Shown here: piece by piece, positions 1 to 13,640 of the stretch | How positions within the stretch are numbered: position 1 is the stretch's first letter | Layout of the letters: each line of letters opens with the position of its first letter | From: the human T2T-CHM13v2.0 reference genome, Homo sapiens | Assembly (NCBI RefSeq): GCF_009914755.1 | Contig: NC_060931.1 | Reading direction: 5' to 3' (one strand) | DNA length: 64,000 nt | Program-made: the position numbers and the translations under genes | The notes under the pieces: generated by a model | The model's database searches: none | What the model was told of the DNA's origin: nothing | What the model saw: only the letters and a program-made list of their open reading frames with translations

Positions 1-199
1 CATGACATGACATCAGTCTCACTTCGGTTCCAAGTGACATGAAGTGACTACTGAAGTAATTCTCATTTTAAATAAACTCTGGGGGGGAAAAAAGCCATGT
101 TAAAACTTTACAAAAATAAAAAATACAGAGGAATAAAACATTTTCTTATTAAGGAATAAAGTTTATTATTAAATTATTATTGTTGTTAAAGATAGGTTC

Positions 200-545
200 T
201 GATATGGTTTGGCTCTGTGTCCCCACCCAAGTCTAATTTCGAATTGTAATCCCCATGTGTAGAGGGAGGGGACCTGGTGGGAGGTGACTGGATTATGGGG
301 TTGGTTTCCCTCATGTTGTTCTCACGAGATTTTATGATTTAAGAGTGTGGCACTTCCCCTTCGCTTGCTTGCTCTCTCTCCTGCCGCCATGAGAAGATGT
401 GCCTCACTTCCCCGTATCCTTCTGCTACGATTGCAAGTTTCCTGAGAACTTCACAGCCATGTGGAACTGAGTCAATTAAACCTCTTTTCTTTATAAACTA
501 TCCAGTCTCAGGTAGTATCTTTATAGCAGTGTGAGAACTAACACA
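200..545 (+). mobile_element. MaLR solo LTR (MSTA/THE1D-like)
   Basis: Starts TGATATGGTTTGGCTCTGTGTCCCCACCCAA and ends ...CTTTATAGCAGTGTGAGAACTAACACA, the characteristic MST/THE1 termini; ATTAAA poly(A)-like signal at ~475. Confidence 0.9.
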
Positions 546-929
546 AGTACTTAGAGGAAAGAGGATTAGTACATAAGAAAATGCTTACACATTTCTTTAA
601 AATGATAACATACTTCAGTTTTTTAAAATTTCATTTAAAATTAAGAAAGGAGTTTTTATTTAAATCCCATAAAAACAATGAAGATGCGAAGCATTTCCTT
701 TAAAAAATAAAGAATTAGAGAATTCTTTGAAACTACATTTGGGTTTAGCCATTTGATGATTATAGAATTCAGAGCGCTAAAACAGGGCTACTGACAGTTA
801 AAATAAATTGACAGGTTTTGATATACTTAATACAGACATCATTTATTTCAAGCTACTTGATTATGGTAAATTTTAACTTAGAGTAATACTCTGTACTCTA
901 AATAAATCTCTGCCTCTCCTGGTATGTAT

Positions 930-1418
930 ATCCTATGCAGTTCCTTTCCAGACTGTGATAGGATTCATCTGTGAGGTCAATAGTTTATGGTAAAACTGAT
1001 GGTGCATCACTTTTGAGATTATGTTATAAAACAGACTTACAGGCTCTCCCTCTTTCTCTCCTTCTCTCTCTCCCCTCCTTCCTTCCTCTTTCTATTTTTT
1101 CCTCCAACATCTCTTTCATGGATCACTCTAGAAGTCTGGTCTGTCCTGAGCAGCCTAAGGAGAGACTCGTGGTGAAGAAGGAAGGTCGGCTAACAGTCAC
1201 ATTAGTGAGCTTCAAAGCAAGTACTTAGTCAAGTCTTCAGAGACTGTGGCTCTGGTCAACAGTTTGACTGCAAATTCGTGAGAGACCTTGAGTCAGAACC
1301 ACACAGCTAAGATGCTTCTGGTTTCCTCACCCTCAGAAAATATTTGAGATAATAAACGTTTGTTGTTTTAAGATGCTAGACATTGGGGTAATTTGTCATG
1401 TAGCAATGGGTAACTCTA
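930..1418 (+). mobile_element. MaLR LTR (MLT1F-like)
   Basis: MLT1 3' motifs GAGAGACCTTGAGTCAGAACCACACAGCTAAG and GAGATAATAAACGTTTGTTGTTTTAAG...GTAATTTGTCATGTAGCAAT; 5' boundary approximate. Confidence 0.75.
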
Positions 1419-2009
1419 TCTTAATATGGTCAATTTCCTGCCAATAACATTTTAAGTCTTTTGATTTAACAGACGCATTTCAAGAAACATCTCATGCATC
1501 ACACAAATGATCATTTAATATGTATTTCAAAATCATGCATAGATAAAAATATTTTAAATTCAAGTCACATTTTGAATTGAAGTACTTTTTAAAAGGAATG
1601 TAAATGTGCAAAAACTGAAAAGATCAAATATATTCAAACTGTACATTTCATCAAAGGAAATGTGCACTTTCAATAAGATTTATATTTCACAATATGTCTT
1701 GCAGAGAAAATGAAATCACGTAAGCTAGTTGCATTTATTTGTAACAATTAGTTTCACAGTTTTTCACTAAGTTAACTTTTTTATTTTAAAATGAAATTTG
1801 ATCAGAGTTTTGATTGGCCTCATCCCTTTATTAAATCAAGTAAATATTATATTTCTATAACTTTAATGTCATTAATGTACAGCTGAAGTGAGGGGTATGG
1901 GCATATTCAAGCTAATGAAATTAAGATACTCTCTGCAGGGTTACTTATAGACCTTTTAGAAAAGTGCCCCTCCCATGTCTCCTATTTTAAAAACTAGGAA
2001 AGTATAAAA

Positions 2010-2440
2010 TATTATTCAGCCTCAGTGGTCATCAAATAATTGCATATCAAAATAATGGATATTAAAACACTTTCTTACTATATTGACAAAGATGTACTAC
2101 TAATAATAAAAATAAATTGCTGTTGAGGGATTAGGGACATTGGTACTCTCTATATAAACTGTTTGGTCATGTAACATGCCTTTCTATAACACAATATCAA
2201 GATTTTATATTCTTTTAAACATAATAATCATACTTCCAGAAATGTATCCTAATGAGATGATTACGAATGTATGCCAAATTTTGGCCACATGGATAGTTAA
2301 AGCATTACTGTCTATTTTAAAAAAGAAAAAAATTCAACAAGAGCAGACAGGTTAAATAAACCATAGTCCCACTCACATGATAAAATACAGTCATTAAAAA
2401 TGATGTTATAGAAGAATATTTAGTGATATGGAAATATCAA
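2010..2440 (+). mobile_element. Ancient L1 (L1ME-like) ORF2-end/3'UTR fragment
   Basis: Degenerate L1M motifs (TACTTCCAGAAATGTATCCTAA, GGTTAAATAAACCATAG, GTCATTAAAAATGATG). Confidence 0.55.
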
Positions 2441-4693
2441 CAGAATGTATGGATTGAAACCGTATGTTAGAAAATATTATTTGTGGCATGACTTCACATC
2501 TGTAATAGCAGAGAGAGAAATGTGCATCCATTTTTACTGGGAACTAAGCAAGAAGATTCTAAAACAAAAGGAAAAGGAAAAGTTCTGTGTGGATAAAAGC
2601 TTTCATGCCCAGATTTTTGGTCCACATTATTGGGATATCCTTTAGCGGATGACAACTATTTGTGTTATATGACATTACCCAAGAAGACATGCTCCAAGAT
2701 AGAGGTAAGACCTGAATTAATTATCAAGTTTACTGCCTAATATTGAGGTGAGATTAACATTAATGAAATAATATAAAAAGCAACACCTATCAGTGTAAAA
2801 AATATTTTATGCCAACAATGTTTAAGCTTTTGAGATTCTTAAAAGGTATTCTATATTTTAAAATAATCTATATTTTAAGATCCTGAGGCAAAATAGAGTA
2901 TGCAAAGGGAGCTATCTATATAATTAAAGTTTTACAAATTACTACTTCAAATATATCTTTAAATTTTAATGTAATATTAAACTCATGAATCTAATCAAAT
3001 AATTTCAGAATGAAAAAAGCTATTACTAACATTAATTCCATTACTGCTCAAAATCTATATCTATATTTTAATCATTAGGCTGTTGAATGCATTACTTTGA
3101 TCTCAGCATAAGTGCTCAGAGAGTTATACAGATTTACATCATGAAACTTATTAAACTTCTCTTCGTCTTAATTTTCTTGGCCACTTTCCTATCTCCTAGA
3201 AAATGTGAAGAATAACAAGTGAAGGATTATGTTTTACTTGAGGAATACAATGGATGTTCCCCAATAAATACTAAAATTTACATTTAAATTTGTAAGTTTA
3301 GTGTTTTCATAATAAGTAATGTTTTACAATATTTGTTTCTGGGATGTGGATTTTAAACATTCTGTTTTATGCTTATGATTTAATTTGGCAAGATTTCTCC
3401 AGAGACTTGGATGAGGAGCCTAGAATTGTTTCTTTACTGCATGAGTCTTAGCAGCTCTGTGTGGTATGGCAGAGAATGTCTGTAACCAGAATGGTTGCAG
3501 GCCAAGGAGTGGGGTCTAATGTAGACATAATAGAATTTCCAGTCTCTGTCACTAATTTCATGTTTTTTTATGTTCCCAAAAAGTTATAATTTTCACCCTG
3601 TTGGGAGCACTTGAAAGCTACTTTGGCATACTCAAGAGACCCCTCTAGTATTGTGGGGATGGAGAGATTAGCATATGTCCCACCTTCTCTTTTCCTGACC
3701 ACCCCCACCCTGATCCTGGTGTCACATAAATACCTTAACCCTAGGTCTAAGCATTCTCTTCTCCCATTTATGATAAAATTTTAAAACTTCCCTCTGTGAC
3801 TTGGGTAGATTTTTATATTCATATGGTTCAGAATTGGCCCAGATTATCACAGAATTAAAGTAACCTTAGCCACAGTCTAATGTAATCACTGAACCTTTAA
3901 AAATACTACCATGTATTGGACACTATTTACATTGCATATATCCCAAGAGGCCTAAATCTAATGCTTTATTATTGAGGTGAAAGGAAAAACGAATATTCTG
4001 GGGATGGCTTCTATTACAAGAGAATGTTTTTCACTATCCTAAAGGATAAAGCATGCATTAAGCCATATAACTTTACATCATTATAATTTTAAAAATATAT
4101 GTTTTTCTATTCTTTTATCATGAAAGTAGAACGAAAAGTCCACTCAACACAATGATAAAAAGTATTATCAAATGATAGCTTATCACCTCCTTTCCCTGTC
4201 AAATTTGAAAAAATGTTGCCAGAGTTTAGCATGGTTTTCACAATGGCTAGAGCTAAAAGGCTTTGGAGTATATCTGGCTCTTCCTCTGCTTCTTTTAATA
4301 TTGCCCATTCTCTATTACCCAAATTTTCCACTTGGTGACCATGTGATGGTCCTCTTGTGCCCTGCAAATCCATGGACTGGAGAAAAATGGAAATAGAGTC
4401 TTGCTGTTACTATTCCTCTCTGCTGTAAGTGAGCTGCTCCCTGTAGGCAAGCTACATAACCTATCTGGGACTCATTTTCAGGAAGGTAAGATTAGATCAG
4501 AAATCCTAAACCAGTGGCCAGACCATCAAATCTGGCTTACAGGAATATTTTGTTTGATTCATGCATTAAAAAAAAAAAAAATCTGGAGCTAGCTAAGCAA
4601 ATAGGAGACGTCATATAAATTTATTTCTCTTGAAAAAACAGGTAGATCTGGCAACCCTAGTAGCACATTCTTGCATGAGAAAAGTCCACTGGA

Positions 4694-4983
4694 GGCTGGG
4701 TGCAGTGGCACATGCCTGTAATCCCAGCAGTTTGGAAGTATGAGGAGGATGGATGGCTTGAGCCCAGAAGTTCGAGACCAGCCTTGGGCAACATGGTGAA
4801 ACCCCGTCTCTACAAAAAATACAAAATTAGCCAGGCATGCTGACATGTGCCTGTAGTCCCAGTTACTCAGGAGGCTGAGTTAGGTGGATTGCTTGAGCCA
4901 AGGAAGTAGAGGCTGCAGTGAGCAATGTTGACGCCAATGCACTCCAGCTTGGGCAACAGAGTGAGACCTTGTCTCAAAAAAAA
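4694..4983 (+). mobile_element. AluJ (Jb-like)
   Basis: Full dimer with J diagnostics (GCTTGAGCCCAG, GAGGCTGCAGTGAGC); TSD AAAAGTCCACTGGA / AAAAGTCCATTAGA. Confidence 0.93.
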
Positions 4984-7961
4984 GTCCATTAGAATTGAGA
5001 AGCAGACGATTTGCCACAGTCCCGCCAGCTTGTTTCACAAATGTGTAGTACCTGAGGGCATATGAGTCTAGAAATCTTGAAAAATGTTCCTACCTAGAGC
5101 ATCATGTAACTAGTGAGAGAAAACGCATAAAAGGTCTAGCAGGAATTCTATCACATCGTAGGTACTCAGTAAATTTTAGACACCCCTTTCTATAATAAAT
5201 TCATAAAGGAGATCAATTAACTGGGCCTAAGACAAGAGTTACAATCCTTTTTTAAGACTTACATGGATAGACTATATTTAAGCCCTCTAATAAAAGAATT
5301 TTCAGGTTCTCTTTCATGGGAGAACAAGAAAAGCATTGTAAAGGTTTGGTCAACTTTTATTACACAATTAGCTAAAGAAACAGCAAAACTAAATATAACT
5401 GAATCCATATTGAAAAGCACAGGTTTATTTTAAATTAGATAGGTATTATCTGTAAAATCAAGATAAAAACGAATAATTTTTAGTTTTGGATTCTGTACAC
5501 TTGCTTCACTATCAGTAGTGTGAACTTTGTACATACTGCCTCATTTTTAATGATTCATTTATAAAATTCAATACCGTTTCATTAATTAGCACTCTCAAAA
5601 TTTTTATGTAGGTCAGTAGTATTTCAGCTACCTTTTTCCCCTTGCATCATGTAAATCTTTCAAAATTAAACAAAATAAACTATAGACTTTAGTTGTTTTT
5701 GGGGTTCATTCATAAAATCCTCTCAAGCACGGAGCTTTGTAGTTTCAGAAAATGATATATGTATATACAATGCCTAACAATCACTTTTGTCCTGATATCC
5801 CCGAGAATGCTCCCAACCAAGAGCCTCATTACTGGCAAAATGACGTACAGATGAAGTGGCAAGAACCCATGTTAATGTTTCAAATTTGTCTTATTTTCTA
5901 GAAGGGGAAGGAAAGATCATGGGAAAGGAAACCTCAGGCAGGGGCTGAAGATTTTTAAGTGTATAGAAAACTTTAATGAAAATAGAGTCAAATTTCAAGC
6001 AATGTGACTTACACAGTCTCATTTTGTGGGGTGGGGATGGAATAAGAAAGGTATGGTTTATCTACATTGGCCATTCTCTCAGAGCATACCCTACCTGAAT
6101 CAGGCTACTAAGCAGAAATAGAATCTTTCAGGACACTGGAGAGATTCCAGTCAGGTTTCTAGAGACCTAAGAAGGCAGCAGCAGAAATATCACCTTTATG
6201 TTTCAGATTTATCTTCTACAATTCCTTACACAGGAAAATGTATTTTAACAGTACTGATGAAACAACAACAGAATGAACTTTAAAGAACTGAACTGTTGTT
6301 TATTGATAAAAAGTGTTCTTGGTTAAATGTTGGAGTTATTTCACTTTCACCAAATGTGATTAGGAAAAATTTAATAAGCAAATAGTGACAACTGGTCTTA
6401 TTAGTGAATCAGCCTGGATTATGTAAAATCAATTAAATTTGTATTTATGACTCTAACTTCTATAATTGAAAAGAGCTGTGTAATTGAGTATTTTTGATCC
6501 TGAAAAACAAATGTCTTCATTTAACTATGAAAAACTTAAGGAATTTAGTATAATCATAACAATAAATTAATTTCCAACAGTTTGTTAACTCAAGCATTTC
6601 AAAACACAGAATAGTGCAATCTTCAAGTATTTAATATAATTACAATTTACCTCACCATCTAGAATAATTTGTATGTAAATGAATATATACAGCACAGAAA
6701 CAATATACAGCACATATGTAAAATGTGTGTGTGTGTGCACATGTATTCTACCACGTAACATGGAGTTATGGCTTTTAAAGGAACTTTAAAAAGGATCTAT
6801 AAAGAAACTTCTGGTTGTGAAAATCATATTCCCTAATTTATTTTGTAAAACTTGATTTTAATATATTGAATATGCTTAAAGTTGAACATATCTGTGGAAA
6901 TGAAGGACGTGAATGCTAACATAAATTTACATACTGACTACTGTTTCAATACAGATTCCCAAGTGCAGACCTTCATATAGAAGCACCACCGCTCTGTTCC
7001 CAAAGATGGACATGCACTCGGAAGCATTCTTTCCCCTTAGTCAAGCTAGGTTTCAACCCCTCATCCAAACTACCTCACTGAGTATGGCTTTGCATGGAAT
7101 ACCACTTAACATCATGGAATAAAACAAAATTAACTGCTCTTCCAAGGAATAAATCCATCAATCTAGCCTCATAACCGTAACACTTCAGTTAAGCTAACCA
7201 GCTTTAGATATTTGGTTTCAGTCAGGTTGGGAAATAGTACCACATATTTTTGGTAGGTTTGAAGGATATTCATACCACAAAACACCCTGAAAGAGCAAGC
7301 TATTTGTATTTTCTATATCAAACCATATCCATTGCCATCTATATGGCACAGAGAAGGCAAACCAACTGAATTGCAGAATGAATACTAGTATACAAGAACT
7401 GAGGTTGGGACCTTTAAGTCAATGTCCATGCAAAATATTAGAAGTACCTGTAGCCACCTGGAGAATGTTATTGAAGAATGGCACAGCAGTCAGCTTGTGC
7501 CCAACACAGCTTACTCGCCAGTTTGCCATGATATCAGTGATATTGTAGGGTATGAGATGCCAAGCTTAGGGTAGAAAGCATCTTGGTAAAAGTGAAGAAA
7601 GTAAGCATAAGGCTAGTCTTGAGCATTTTACCTTCAGCATTTTATGGTTACCATATGATATTTTTTCAGGGTGAGGAAAGACACAGATGGGAACGGAGAC
7701 ACTTCAGTGGTTGCCAGCATTGGGGATTGTTAGTAAAGGAACCTTTACAACTGAGAATCAGACAGGCCAACATGCCATCCCATGGATGCCAGCAAGGAAA
7801 GGTGTCCATCAAGGTGCAGGGTCCCTCCCCTGATGCCGTCACACAATAAACTTCTGGAGCTTAGATGTTGTTCTGACAAGATAAAGAACTATAAACAGAC
7901 TTAATTTGTTTTGAGTTGCCTCAGAAAGCTCTTACATTTATCCTGAATTGAAAAGCATTGT

Positions 7962-8004
7962 TTGCAATAGGACACTTAAGTCTTGCTTGCAATAGGACAC
8001 TTAA
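7962..8004. repeat. Short tandem duplication (25-bp period)
   Basis: TTGCAATAGGACACTTAA at 7962-7979 and 7987-8004. Confidence 0.9.
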
Positions 8005-9317
8005 AATCAGCAACAGCAAAATAAAGTTATATATTTTTGCATACCTGATATTTATGGCCTGAAAATTTGTATCCATTCCATTGTCTTTATTGCATATCTC
8101 TTTTGATTAATATGCTTTCTAGTGACAATCGAGATATGCATTATTAATGTTTAAACTGTGCTACTGGATTCAAAATTTCCTAGTAAAACTGAGTTAGGTG
8201 TATGTGTGGGGAGAGGTGAGATGCCACATAATCAATGATACTATTGTAATTTCTCAAAAATGCTCACTCTCCTGGAGAATGCTGACAGTGTGGAGGTTAG
8301 AACATAAGTAGAATATGAAGTATCCTGACACATTTCTGTTCCAACCCTAATGCTATTGTTTTGCAAAAGAGCTCTCAGGCACCAGTAACTACACACAATT
8401 TACTCCTTTGAAAAGGTCAACTTTATGCCCCCAATTGTAGACTGGAATAGTATTAGCAAATTGTTTCCAGAAAAAAAAAAAATACATGATGCTTGGGATT
8501 TTAAAAAATCAACTCAACTGATCACCTCTAAAAACAGCATTACCATTTATTTGCTCAGCTTGACAGCCACTCATTCAGCTAGCTCCAGTTGCTACATTAT
8601 CAGAAAGTTTTTCTATATATTTAATTTTCTGCTATTTATATTGCAATAACTTGTACTATGATAGTTTGTCAATGCTTTAACCTAAATAATACTAAAATTA
8701 AATTAAATATCTCCTATTCTTAATGTTATGCATATGTTTCTAAGTCTTCCAGTATTACCTTTTTCCTTTCTGCTGGATAAACTACATGGAGCTATAGAGA
8801 GGGGGGAAAGAGCTAGAGAAAAGGTTAATTTGGAAAGGATTTTTGGCAGCTGAGAATAAATATCTTTTGGAGAATGGAGGTAAGTTAAGAATGGCAAAAT
8901 TTAGGTCAGGGGTTAAAAAAGACTGTGAAAGATCATAAGGGAACTTTGGCAACAACAGAAGAAAAACAGGGGAGATTTACTTCCAAGGACGAACAGAAGT
9001 TATCTCACTAGGGTAAACCAAGCCAGAGAGGTACAGAGCAGTGAGTAGACAGAAAAACACAGCCAGGTGACTAAGAAGAGAGAGTGCTGCCTATGGATTC
9101 CACAAAGAGAACACAGAAGCACTGACTTGGAGAAGACAGATCTTCAAAGTTGCTATGTTAGGGTTCTACTCATTTAACAGGCACCTCAGAATGAGGGAAA
9201 GTTTGGTTATCATGCTGTTACTCACTCTTCCTATGTTTGTCCTTTCCCTTATTAGGTTAGCCTGAAAAACTTCTATTGTTTGTAAGAAAATGCAGAGGTC
9301 AAAATATTCCCAGTCAA

Positions 9318-9638
9318 TAGAATAGAATGATGGTTGCCAGAGATTGTTGGTGGAGGTTGGGGGCAGAAATGGGGAGTGGCTGGTCAAAGGGTAGATCTAT
9401 TGTACAGTGTGGTGACTCTAGTCAATAATAATGTATTATATACCTGAAAATTGCTAAGAAAGTAGATCTTCAATGTTCTCACCATATACACACAAAAAGA
9501 TAAATATATGAGGAAATGGCTATGTTAGCTAGAGTTAATCATCTCACAATGTGTGCATATGTCAAATCATCACATTTTATACTGTAAAAACATATAATTT
9601 TTAGTTGTCGGTCATACCTTAATAAATCTGGGGAAAAA
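9318..9638 (+). mobile_element. L1MA/L1MB 3' end
   Basis: AATAGAATGATGGTTGCCAGAG...GAAAATTGCTAAGAAAGTAGATCTT...CCTTAATAAATCTGGGGAAAAA, typical L1MA9/MB 3' terminus. Confidence 0.85.
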
Positions 9639-12626
9639 TTCCTAGCTGCCAGTGTTCTACACATAGAACACCAAAGAAATCCCTTTCCAAAAATCACAAC
9701 CATATCTCAACCTGTGATGCATCCTTTCAAGAAGCTAAAGATTCTGACCTGCTATTTTTAGTTGACTGTACACAGTCAGCAATAACTATAAAATTTATTG
9801 AGGCATGTGTTTTTCATAAAAACAGTGAGTATGTTGAGGCTATAATTTCTCCGAAGATTTATCTTTTTCTATTATTCTTTAGTACACACATCCTATAGCC
9901 ACTTTTTTTCTAGTTCATAAAATCTTATTCCGAATAATTAGGTACCCATTTAAAATGGAAACAGACCATGTGTGCCCGCCCACAAGTGTTGTTCCTTGCA
10001 GGAAGCTGTTTTGATTCTAGGTTGAAAGACATTGATTAATGTGAGAAGGCTTGCCTGCTTTTCAGAGCATCGGTCCCCTAATTCTGTACACATACAAAAT
10101 GGACTCTAATCTCTACAGCTGTCATGTTGATGCTCTTTGTGAGTTGTACATTTCACAGACTCTGAAACCATCATTCCATTGCTCAAACATGACCAACAAC
10201 TTTCTTTAAAGAAAGAGTGGGAGATTATTAAGTCAAAATGGGGCCAAACCGTCATCTTCATGTGTGGACGAAATTTGCATGGGTCCTGATAGCTATGTGG
10301 TTCCCACAGCTGAAGCTTAATAAGTCTCTCCCAGACACAGGTATAAGAACCATTAATAGTCCTCAAATACCTCTACAATTGAGTAAAAATAAGGCCAAAA
10401 AGAATTAATGGAAATAATCTTTAACTGGTCTTAAATGCCTGTGGGTTAAATGTAAGAAGGAGGCTTTGATTTAAATAAAAGCAACTTCTCAGAAACATAT
10501 GCTCACCACCCACCATTCTTCATCTGAATGGCAGAAACTTGGGGATTTCGTTTCACTCTAACATGGGAGCTTTGCCAAGAGACATGGGCACAAACATCAG
10601 TGATTAAGAAAGATCTCCAGTATGAAATATGTGGGATCTAATCCACATTAGAGTGGGTTTGTAGGCAATGGCACCATGCTTTGGAATGACCACATGGATA
10701 GATATTTTGATTTACATAACAGTGTTAAACTCTATTTAAAACTTTTAAATAGTCTAACCGTATTACCTAAAATAAAATGCCTTTCTGAAAAAGATATGAA
10801 ATCAAGTAAATACTTCTCACAAAATCCTCTGATTCAGTTTCGTTTTAAAATATAGAGCCCCAAAGCCTTACTGATGCATACCATGTCTCTCCCACCCTTT
10901 ATCAGTTCTTTCTCACCGCTGCCATCTGTTTGCCTTGCTTTTTCCAGCACAATGCCCATCCCTCCAGGCTGTTCACTGGCACTCAGATGTCTTCCTCTAA
11001 TTCTTTACATCCCCATCCAAGAAATGTTCCAGGTCTTTTCCTATTCTTCCTCCCAAAGATTTTCTTCAGCACCACCCTCTGTGTATTTTGGACACTTATT
11101 TTCAGATATTATTTGTCAATTAGAAAATATGCAAGTTTGCTTTTGGCCCTCTATTTTAAACACAATTATTTACTGCTATCTTGTTTTGTGTTATACGTAG
11201 GAGAAAAATTTTGTAAACATCTCATCTTTTACAATTATAATTCCTTAAGTCCTTATAATTCCAGTCTTTAAAAATATAAATGCAATGTTCAGAGGAGTCC
11301 TATGATAAATATGTAGTTAATTCAAATGTTTCCTGGAGCATCTTATTTCATTTTTGTTAACTTTTAATATATACAAGCCTATCTATTCATAGTTACACTG
11401 ATCTAATCACATGATCATTATCCTACTGTAGAATTCTTAGTTATAGGTTAAAAACAGATATATAACATGAGTTTAAAAAATAAAAGGAAAAGAAAGGAAA
11501 GTCAAAATTATAACTCTATAGAAATAAGAAGACAAAATGTATGGTAAATGACCATTTGAATCTCTTACAGTACCTTTCAAGCTGTATAACTACCCTTCTA
11601 AATTAATATCTCATTTGAAATAGTTCCCAAAAATCCAATCTAGTCACTTTCAAGTCAAAGACTCAGCTGTTTAGAATGCAGACTGTATCATGGCTGTGGC
11701 TATGTGTACTTGACCTCCTGCCTGTTAACAAAGAGACTCAATTAATTATTTGCTGTTTTGAATGGCTATTTCATTTCACCTCCACCTTTCTTTAAGTGCT
11801 GAAAAGCTCAATTGCTTTATTACCTTAACCTTAGCTTTGGAGAATGCATGCAGAATTTCTTAACTGCCAACTAATAAACTATCTTGATCCAGAAAGTTAA
11901 TTTTCAGGACCACAGCTTCTAGATGTTTTAGTGCTAGAGACAGCTGAAGTAACATAATGACCTAGTGTCATATCACCTTCCAAGACAGTCTCTTTGTTCT
12001 GAATGGTGGCTTTGGTGCTAAGCTATTCCCTTCATATGAGTCAAGAGACACACTAGCACTGCAATGGGTTATAGTGTCATAGTAACAGTTTAGAAATCTT
12101 ACCACACATAAAAAATGAATGTTTTCAGTATTAATTAAAAGTATGTAAACTAACAGTATATCAGTTTTTCCTGCTTACTTTTAGTCACATTAAACTCAGT
12201 AATATAATTTCATATTCAAATATTGGAACATTAAACTAGAAGTAGCAAACAGCTTTGAAATAAATGTGAAAATGGATTTTTTTTAACGTATGGGCACAGT
12301 AGAACTGATAGCAATGATTATCTAAATGTGAAAAATTAACCACAACACCAAAACAGAGTCTGAAATTCATCAAAGATTTTCTCATATCTTTTGAATTTCT
12401 TCAGCCCTGATAATATGTAACATTTTAAAAATTCTCATTTGCTACATATTTGCTTATCTATATATTAATTCTGATTCTATAAGTAGACCATAAGATGATA
12501 TGAAGGTAGTGTTACCCTTCTCATTATATTCAGTCCCAAGTCAGTTACCTGCACTTATAAAAAAACAAGTATTTGATGATGATTAGATCATAATACATAT
12601 ACGAAGATATTGCTATTTAGTATTTC

Positions 12627-12735
12627 ATAAAAGTGAAATAATACAATATTTGTCCTTTTGTGCCTGGCTTATTTCATTTAGCATAACGTCTTCAAGACTC
12701 ACCCATGTTGTAGCATGTATCAAAGTTTCATTCCC
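12627..12735 (-). mobile_element. L1MB 3'UTR fragment
   Basis: AATATTTGTCCTTTTGTGCCTGGCTTATTTCATTTAGCATAACGTCTTCAAG...CATGTTGTAGCATGTATC. Confidence 0.85.
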
Positions 12736-12935
12736 CAGTTACCATTTTCATGATTTACACTAGTCATTATTTTATGAATATCCAAACTGATTTATCATTC
12801 CAGTATGAGTTTCTTATAATCTAATAAAAATGGCAACTGAGATTTTAAAAAATTTTATAACTCATTTCTTTTCAAGAATATTTATACAAACATGAAAATA
12901 AATGTGTCTATAGTCCTCAGATCTTAGTTTATAGA

Positions 12936-13050
12936 TCAGTGGTCCTGAAACTAATTTAAAGTCTAGAAGGTTAGGCCCTGGAAATCTAGAATCTGAATTT
13001 GAACAAGCACCTAGGTGATTCTGATGCAGGAAGTCTAGTCCACCTTTGAT
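12936..13050. mobile_element. MER5-like hAT-Charlie MITE relic
   Basis: CAGTGGTCCTGAAACT...AACAAGCACCTAGGTGATTCTGATGCA. Confidence 0.6.
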
Positions 13051-13439
13051 AGGCACAGTTGGAAATGCTCACATGAAAATTCTATGAAATTGAACATACT
13101 GGCTCCCTACATGTTCAATAAAGACCCAGCCTTAAAGAAAAGCCATAATATATTTCTAAAATGACCATGACAATACTGATTTTAAAACATGTACAAAAAT
13201 CTAAAATTTCCTATCAGGGAAAAAACTCAATATTCTAATTCCATATTTAATATAAACCTGGAATTGAATCTACAACTAGTATGAAGCATCATAACTCTAA
13301 TAAGAAAGAGTAAGACATCCCATTTCCAAAGTTTTTTAAAGAATATAAAAACCTCCTCGGATCAGGCAAAATGACAGACAAACTGTGATTTTAACAGAAA
13401 GGCTGTGGTGTTAGGGTACAGAAGAATTTATTTCTTACG

Positions 13440-13640
13440 GTCATTAATTCATTCAGCAAATATATGCTGAATGACAAGCAGGTGCCAGGTACTCTGTATG
13501 GTACTAGCTTACAAAACACATCTTATTACAATCAATGGCATGCATGCTTTTTAGGGTTCAGGCCCAAATACTAGCTATATCACCTTGAGCAAGTCATTTA
13601 GCTATCTTAACATCTATTTTTTCATGAGTATAAAAGGATG
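13440..13640. mobile_element. L2 3' tail (minus) followed by MIR core (plus)
   Basis: TTCATTCAGCAAATAT...GTGCCAGGTACTCTG; then CACCTTGAGCAAGTCATTTAG...TTTTTCATGAGTATAAAAGGA. Confidence 0.6.

Noticed and set aside
13-55. Imperfect hairpin (TCACTTC/GAAGTGA core)
   Set aside because: Too short and bulged for a pre-miRNA; lies at the window edge; no recognisable family.
2655-2710. LFVLYDITQE resembling the Rab LLVYDIT motif, followed by a donor GAG|gtaaga
   Set aside because: In-frame stop immediately upstream and no other GTPase motifs nearby.
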